Positions 13,511 to 17,201 of a stretch of 17,201 nucleotides of DNA are shown here, in pieces. The notes under the pieces were generated by a model. It saw nothing but the letters and a program-made list of their open reading frames with translations, did not search any database and was not told the origin of the DNA. Where the stretch lies: contig JBGQHJ010000108.1 in the NCBI GenBank assembly GCA_041497895.1, positions 1-17,201 of the forward strand, written 5' to 3'. This stretch comes from Candidatus Methylomirabilia bacterium. Its GTDB lineage: Bacteria > Methylomirabilota > Methylomirabilia > Rokubacteriales > CSP1-6. Every line of letters starts with the position of its first letter. Positions within the stretch are counted from its first letter, which is position 1. Position numbers and translations under genes: made by a program.

Positions 13511-14605
13511 TTACTTGTACCGGGCCTGCGCCTTCTTGACGAAGCTCATGTCCACCACCTGCTTGTACGGAATGGGCTTGTCGACCGCGGTGGGCACCCA
13601 CACCTTCATGCCGCGCTCGTAGTCCTTCTCCTCGATCACGAAGTCCCAGTCGAAGATGGTCCGGTAGTAGCGGACGGAGTCGAGCACCACCTCGCGCTTG
13701 AAGGTGTCCATGTAGGGCTTCCAGAGCAGGTCGGCCACCTCGTCGTCCTTCGCCTTCCGGATCCACTGCTGCGCGCGATAGTTCGCGTTGACGTAGGCCT
13801 GCACGAGATCGGGCGACTTCTCGATGGTCTCCTTCAGCACGTAGCCGACGGTGACCGGGATGGGCCCGCCGAAGACCCGGTTCCACGCCTTCTCGTCCTG
13901 GATGTCGTAGAGCGGCTTGCCGAAGCCCTCCTCGACCGCGGCCGACTGCCACTCGGGCACCGCCATGATCGCGTCGAACTTGCCCGCCTTGAGGCCGCCG
14001 AGCATGGTGGTCGAGGCCCCGCCGCCGACCCACTCGACGTGGTCGTTGACCGGCTTGCCATCGGCGCCCTTGACGTTCTGGAGCACGTAGACCCCGTAGA
14101 CGTAGGTGCCGGAGCCGATGGCGGTGGCGGCGATTACCGCCTTGCGCCCCACCAGCTTCGCGTCGGCCAGCGCCTCCACCGTCCTGAGCCCCTTGTCCCA
14201 CAGCTCCTTGCGCACGACGATGTTGGCGTAGGAGCAGCGGGTGTCGGTAGCGAAGATCATGAGGGCGTCCTTGCCCTTCTCGGTGATCTTGAGCGGGTGG
14301 TTGGAGTCGCCCAGCGCGAACTGCACCTGCCCCGCCGCGAGCGCCTGCACGACCTTGGCCCCGCCGCCCGGCACCACGAAGTCCGGCGTCCGGACCCCCT
14401 CCTCCTCGAAGAACTTCTTCTGGGCCGCGACCAGGTGCTGCCCGTACACGAAGGTCGAGACGCTGTGGGAAGCCGTGATGGTCTTGAGTCCCTGGGCCCC
14501 GGCCGTCCGCATCCACGGCGTGGCCGCCGCCGCTCCGCCCACGAGCCCCGTCAGCTTGAGGAAATGCCGGCGCGTCCAGCGCCCGGTCCGTGCCTGCTCC
14601 GACAT
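13511..14605 (-). CDS. ABC transporter substrate-binding protein (SsuA/NMT1-like) with Tat signal
   Basis: AAGGAGGA SD at 14611-14618; twin-arginine TRRHFLK and AGA cleavage-like site; FFEEEG...GGGAKVVQALAAGQVQF; precedes the ATPase and permease. Confidence 0.9.
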   Translation of the reverse strand: MSEQARTGRWTRRHFLKLTGLVGGAAAATPWMRTAGAQGLKTITASHSVSTFVYGQHLVAAQKKFFEEEGVRTPDFVVPGGGAKVVQALAAGQVQFALGDSNHPLKITEKGKDALMIFATDTRCSYANIVVRKELWDKGLRTVEALADAKLVGRKAVIAATAIGSGTYVYGVYVLQNVKGADGKPVNDHVEWVGGGASTTMLGGLKAGKFDAIMAVPEWQSAAVEEGFGKPLYDIQDEKAWNRVFGGPIPVTVGYVLKETIEKSPDLVQAYVNANYRAQQWIRKAKDDEVADLLWKPYMDTFKREVVLDSVRYYRTIFDWDFVIEEKDYERGMKVWVPTAVDKPIPYKQVVDMSFVKKAQARYK

Positions 14606-14634
14606 GCGCGTCCTCCTTTGGGAAACTGGGGGGC

Positions 14635-14664
14635 ATGCTACCGCCGGCCCCGCGGTTCTGTCAA
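14635..14664 (-). promoter_or_regulatory. Sigma70-type promoter of ABC transporter operon
   Basis: Minus strand TTGACA (14659-14664), 18 bp, TAGCAT (14635-14640). Confidence 0.65.
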
Positions 14665-14686
14665 CGTCCGGCTGACCCCAAAGACA

Positions 14687-14715
14687 TTGACAGATAAGGT
14701 TTTTTGGGCTATCGT
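14687..14715 (+). promoter_or_regulatory. Sigma70-type promoter of yicC-gmk-rpoZ-coaBC
   Basis: TTGACA (14687-14692), 17 bp, TATCGT (14710-14715). Confidence 0.75.
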
Positions 14716-14768
14716 TCGGCGATGGTAGCGCCCCGGTTCGCCTTCACCCCGAGCCTCCCGAGGCCTTC

Positions 14769-15653
14769 ATGATCCGCAGCATGACCGGGTACGGGCGGGC
14801 GGAGTCCACGGGGGCGAGCACCATCCTCACCGTCGAGTGCAAGTCGGTCAACCATCGCCATCTCGACGTGTCCCTCAAGCTGCCGCGGGTGCTGGCCTCG
14901 TTCGAGGCGGACGCGCGCCGGCTGATCCAGGCCTCGGTGCAGCGGGGCCGCGTGGACGTGAGCACGACGGTGACCACCGCGGAGGGCACCGTGCTGAACC
15001 CGCTCACCGTCAACGTCGCGCAGGCCCGGGAGTACGCCGACGCCGCGCGCCGGCTGTCCGAGGCCCTCGACCTCTCCGACGGCCCCTCGCTCGGCTGGGT
15101 GATGGGGCAGCCCGGGGTGCTGACGCGGGAGGAGCAGGTAGCGCTCTCCGCGGACGAGGCCTGGCCGCTGCTCGAGAAGGCCCTCGCCGGAGCGCTCGCG
15201 CTGATGGTGGAGCGCCGGGAGACGGAGGGCGCCGCCCTCGCCCAGGAGCTGAGCGGGCTCCGGGCGGTGCTGGCCGGCCACGTCGACGCGGTCGCCCGGC
15301 GCGCCCCCGCGGCGGTGGAGCGCCGGGCCGCGCGGCTCGCGGAGCGGATGCACGCGATGCTGGACGGCGCGGAGCTGGATGAGGCGCGCCTGGCCGCCGA
15401 GGTCGCGGTGTGGGCCGACCGGACCGACGTCAGCGAGGAGCTGGCGCGGCTCCGCGCGCACCTCACCCAGCTCGCCGCGCTGCTGGCCGCCGACGAGCCG
15501 GTGGGACGGACGCTCGATTTCCTGATCCAGGAGATCAACCGCGAGGTGAACACGATCGGCTCCAAGGCGGACGACCTGGAGATCTCCCAGGTGGTGATCG
15601 CGGCCAAGGCCACGCTCGAGAAGATGCGCGAGCAGGTGCAGAACATAGAATGA
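14769..15653 (+). CDS. yicC: YicC/YloC family endoribonuclease
   Basis: MIRSMTGYGR, KSVNHRHLD, RGRVDV, DVSEELARL..H, GRTLDFLIQEINREVNTIGSK, EKMREQVQNIE; conserved position before gmk. Confidence 0.95.
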   Translation: MIRSMTGYGRAESTGASTILTVECKSVNHRHLDVSLKLPRVLASFEADARRLIQASVQRGRVDVSTTVTTAEGTVLNPLTVNVAQAREYADAARRLSEALDLSDGPSLGWVMGQPGVLTREEQVALSADEAWPLLEKALAGALALMVERRETEGAALAQELSGLRAVLAGHVDAVARRAPAAVERRAARLAERMHAMLDGAELDEARLAAEVAVWADRTDVSEELARLRAHLTQLAALLAADEPVGRTLDFLIQEINREVNTIGSKADDLEISQVVIAAKATLEKMREQVQNIE

Positions 15654-15660
15654 TGCGGGA

Positions 15661-16284
15661 GTGATGCAGCTCATCAAGCGACGCGGCACGCTGGTGGTGG
15701 TCTCGGCACCCTCGGGCGCGGGCAAGACCACCCTCTGCCACGAGGTGCGCACGCTCGTGCCCGATCTCTACTACTCGGTCTCCTACACCACCCGCGCGCC
15801 CCGTCTCGGCGAGACGGACGGGACCGACTTCTTCTTCGTCACCGAGGGCGCCTTCACCGCGATGCGCGAGCGCGACGAGTTCGCGGAGTGGGCCGAGGTG
15901 CACGGACACCTCTACGGCACGCCGGCCAAGGGGCTCGAGAGCGCGCTCGGCCGTGGACTCGACGTGCTGCTCGACATCGATACCCACGGGGCGCGGCAGC
16001 TTCGCCAGCGCTACCCGGAGGCGGTCTCGGTGTTCATCATGGCCCCGTCGATGGCCGAGCTGGACGCGCGCCTGCGCGAGCGCAACAGCAACTCGCCCGG
16101 CGACATCGCCCGGCGGCTCAGCCGCGCGAAGGAGGAGATCGCGGCCTGGCGGCAGTACGACTACCTGATCATCAACCGCGACGTGAAGGATGCGGTGGAC
16201 CAGCTCGCGACCATCATCCAGGCCGAGCGCTGCCGCACGAGCCGATTGACCCTGCGTTTCCCCGACATGGAGGTGCCGGCGTGA
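15661..16284 (+). CDS. gmk: Guanylate kinase
   Basis: VSAPSGAGKTT, SVSYTTRAPR.GE.DG.DF.F, EWAEVHGHLYGT, LLDIDTHGA, YDYLIIN. Start GTG 15661 or ATG 15664. Confidence 0.96.
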   Translation: MMQLIKRRGTLVVVSAPSGAGKTTLCHEVRTLVPDLYYSVSYTTRAPRLGETDGTDFFFVTEGAFTAMRERDEFAEWAEVHGHLYGTPAKGLESALGRGLDVLLDIDTHGARQLRQRYPEAVSVFIMAPSMAELDARLRERNSNSPGDIARRLSRAKEEIAAWRQYDYLIINRDVKDAVDQLATIIQAERCRTSRLTLRFPDMEVPA

Positions 16285-16496
16285 TGTCGTTCCCATCGCT
16301 CGAGAAGTCCCTCGACAACGTGTCCAACCGCTACATGCTCGTGGTGCTCGCCGCCAAGCGCGCCCGCCAGCTCAACCGGGGCGCCAAGGCCCAGGTCGAC
16401 ACCCGCCACAAGAAGCCCACGAGCACCGCGCTCGAAGAGATCGCCGACGCCCGCATCGGCTACCGGGTAAAGGAAGAAGACGCCCCCAAGCTCTAG
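16284..16496 (+). CDS. rpoZ: RNA polymerase omega subunit (70 aa)
   Basis: PSLEKSLDNVSNRYMLVVLAAKRARQL...KPTSTALEEIA; overlaps the gmk stop; gmk-rpoZ-coaBC order. Confidence 0.95.
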   Translation: MSFPSLEKSLDNVSNRYMLVVLAAKRARQLNRGAKAQVDTRHKKPTSTALEEIADARIGYRVKEEDAPKL

Positions 16497-16531
16497 AACC
16501 AAGACCAAGACCCAAGACGAGAGTCCGCGGC

Positions 16532-16567
16532 CTGGGGGAGTGCGGGGGCCATTTCTGGGCCCCCGCA
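16532..16567 (-). repeat. REP-like palindromic element, copy 2 (inverted relative to copy 1)
   Basis: Reverse complement TGCGGGGGCC-CAGAAAT-GGCCCCCGCA-CTCCCCCAG. Confidence 0.9.
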
Positions 16568-16590
16568 TACAAACAAAGTCTAAAGACTTA

Positions 16591-16638
16591 GACGGTAGAC
16601 AGCAGAGACGGTAGACAGCACATACGGTAGCCAGCACC
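16591..16638. repeat. 16-bp tandem repeat x3
   Basis: gacggtagacagcaga / gacggtagacagcaca / tacggtagccagcacc, ending 2 nt before the coaBC ATG. Confidence 0.9.
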
Positions 16639-16640
16639 CC

Positions 16641-17201
16641 ATGAGCCTCCAAGACAAAGAGCTTATCCTCGGCGTCACCGGCAGCATCGCCGCCTACAAG
16701 GCGGTTTACCTGCTGCGCGAGCTCACCCGGCTCGGGGCCCGGGTCACCGTGGTCACCACCACGCACGCCGACCGCTTCATCGGTCCGCTCACCTTCCGGA
16801 CGCTCTCCGGCCGGCCGGTGCTCTCCGACCTCTTCGATCCCCAGAGCCCGGAGGCGGTCGAGCACGTGGCCCTCGCCGAGCGGGCCCAGGCGCTCGTGGT
16901 CGCGCCGGCCACCGCCAATCTCCTGGCGCGGGCCGCCCACGGCATCGCCGATGACTTCCTGACCACGCTCCTGCTGGCCGCGCGCTGCCCGGTGCTGATG
17001 GCGCCGGCCATGGACGGGGGCATGTGGGATCATCCCGCGGTGACCGCGAACGTCCGCACGCTCCGCGAGCGCGGGGTCACGGTGCTCGAGCCCGACGCGG
17101 GCGCGCTCGCCTCCGGCCTCTCCGGGCGCGGCCGCCTGCCCGAGGTCGACGCCATCGTCGAGGCGATCGAGCGCCTCCTCGCGCCGCGCCGCGACCTGGC
17201 C
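16641..17201 (+). CDS. coaBC: Phosphopantothenoylcysteine decarboxylase/ligase CoaBC, N-terminal part (runs off window)
   Basis: Manually translated: MSLQDKELILGVTGSIAAYKA...EHVALA...VVAPATANLLARAAHGIADD...APAMDGGMW...EPDAGALASGLSGRGRLPE; follows rpoZ. Confidence 0.95.
   Translation, partial: MSLQDKELILGVTGSIAAYKAVYLLRELTRLGARVTVVTTTHADRFIGPLTFRTLSGRPVLSDLFDPQSPEAVEHVALAERAQALVVAPATANLLARAAHGIADDFLTTLLLAARCPVLMAPAMDGGMWDHPAVTANVRTLRERGVTVLEPDAGALASGLSGRGRLPEVDAIVEAIERLLAPRRDLA

Noticed and set aside
15654..15660. Absence of the DUF370/RemA gene often found between yicC and gmk
   Set aside because: Common lineage-level variation; the 7-bp gap shows no remnant.
16591..16638. Possible mini-CRISPR array
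   Set aside because: 16-bp units are contiguous with no unique spacers, too short, and no cas genes are present.

Overview
High-GC bacterial window, mostly core genome; lineage cannot be fixed from sequence alone, though the intergenic palindromic repeats and gene style tentatively suggest Rokubacteria/Methylomirabilota. In order it holds: a partial monothiol thioredoxin-like gene and a MoaD/ThiS-like gene (minus strand); a divergent class I SAM methyltransferase; a PyrR-controlled pyrimidine operon (pyrR-pyrB-pyrC-carA-88 aa ORF-carB-pyrF-pyrE-hpt-like, no pyrD/pyrK); a probably leaderless lipoprotein gene; a minus-strand NitT/TauT-type ABC transporter; and yicC-gmk-rpoZ-coaBC (partial). The most notable observations are: (1) a 23-codon leader ORF whose Shine-Dalgarno lies in the PyrR-binding stem, which crosses the terminator and overlaps the pyrR start; (2) an HPRT homologue at the end of the pyr operon lacking the acidic PRPP/catalytic residues but keeping purine-binding residues; (3) an unknown 88-aa gene between carA and carB; (4) a sulfur-carrier-like protein with its Gly-Gly masked by a 16-aa tail; (5) a dispersed 36-bp REP-like palindrome with associated short tandem repeats. 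No CRISPR, tRNA/rRNA or transposase was seen.
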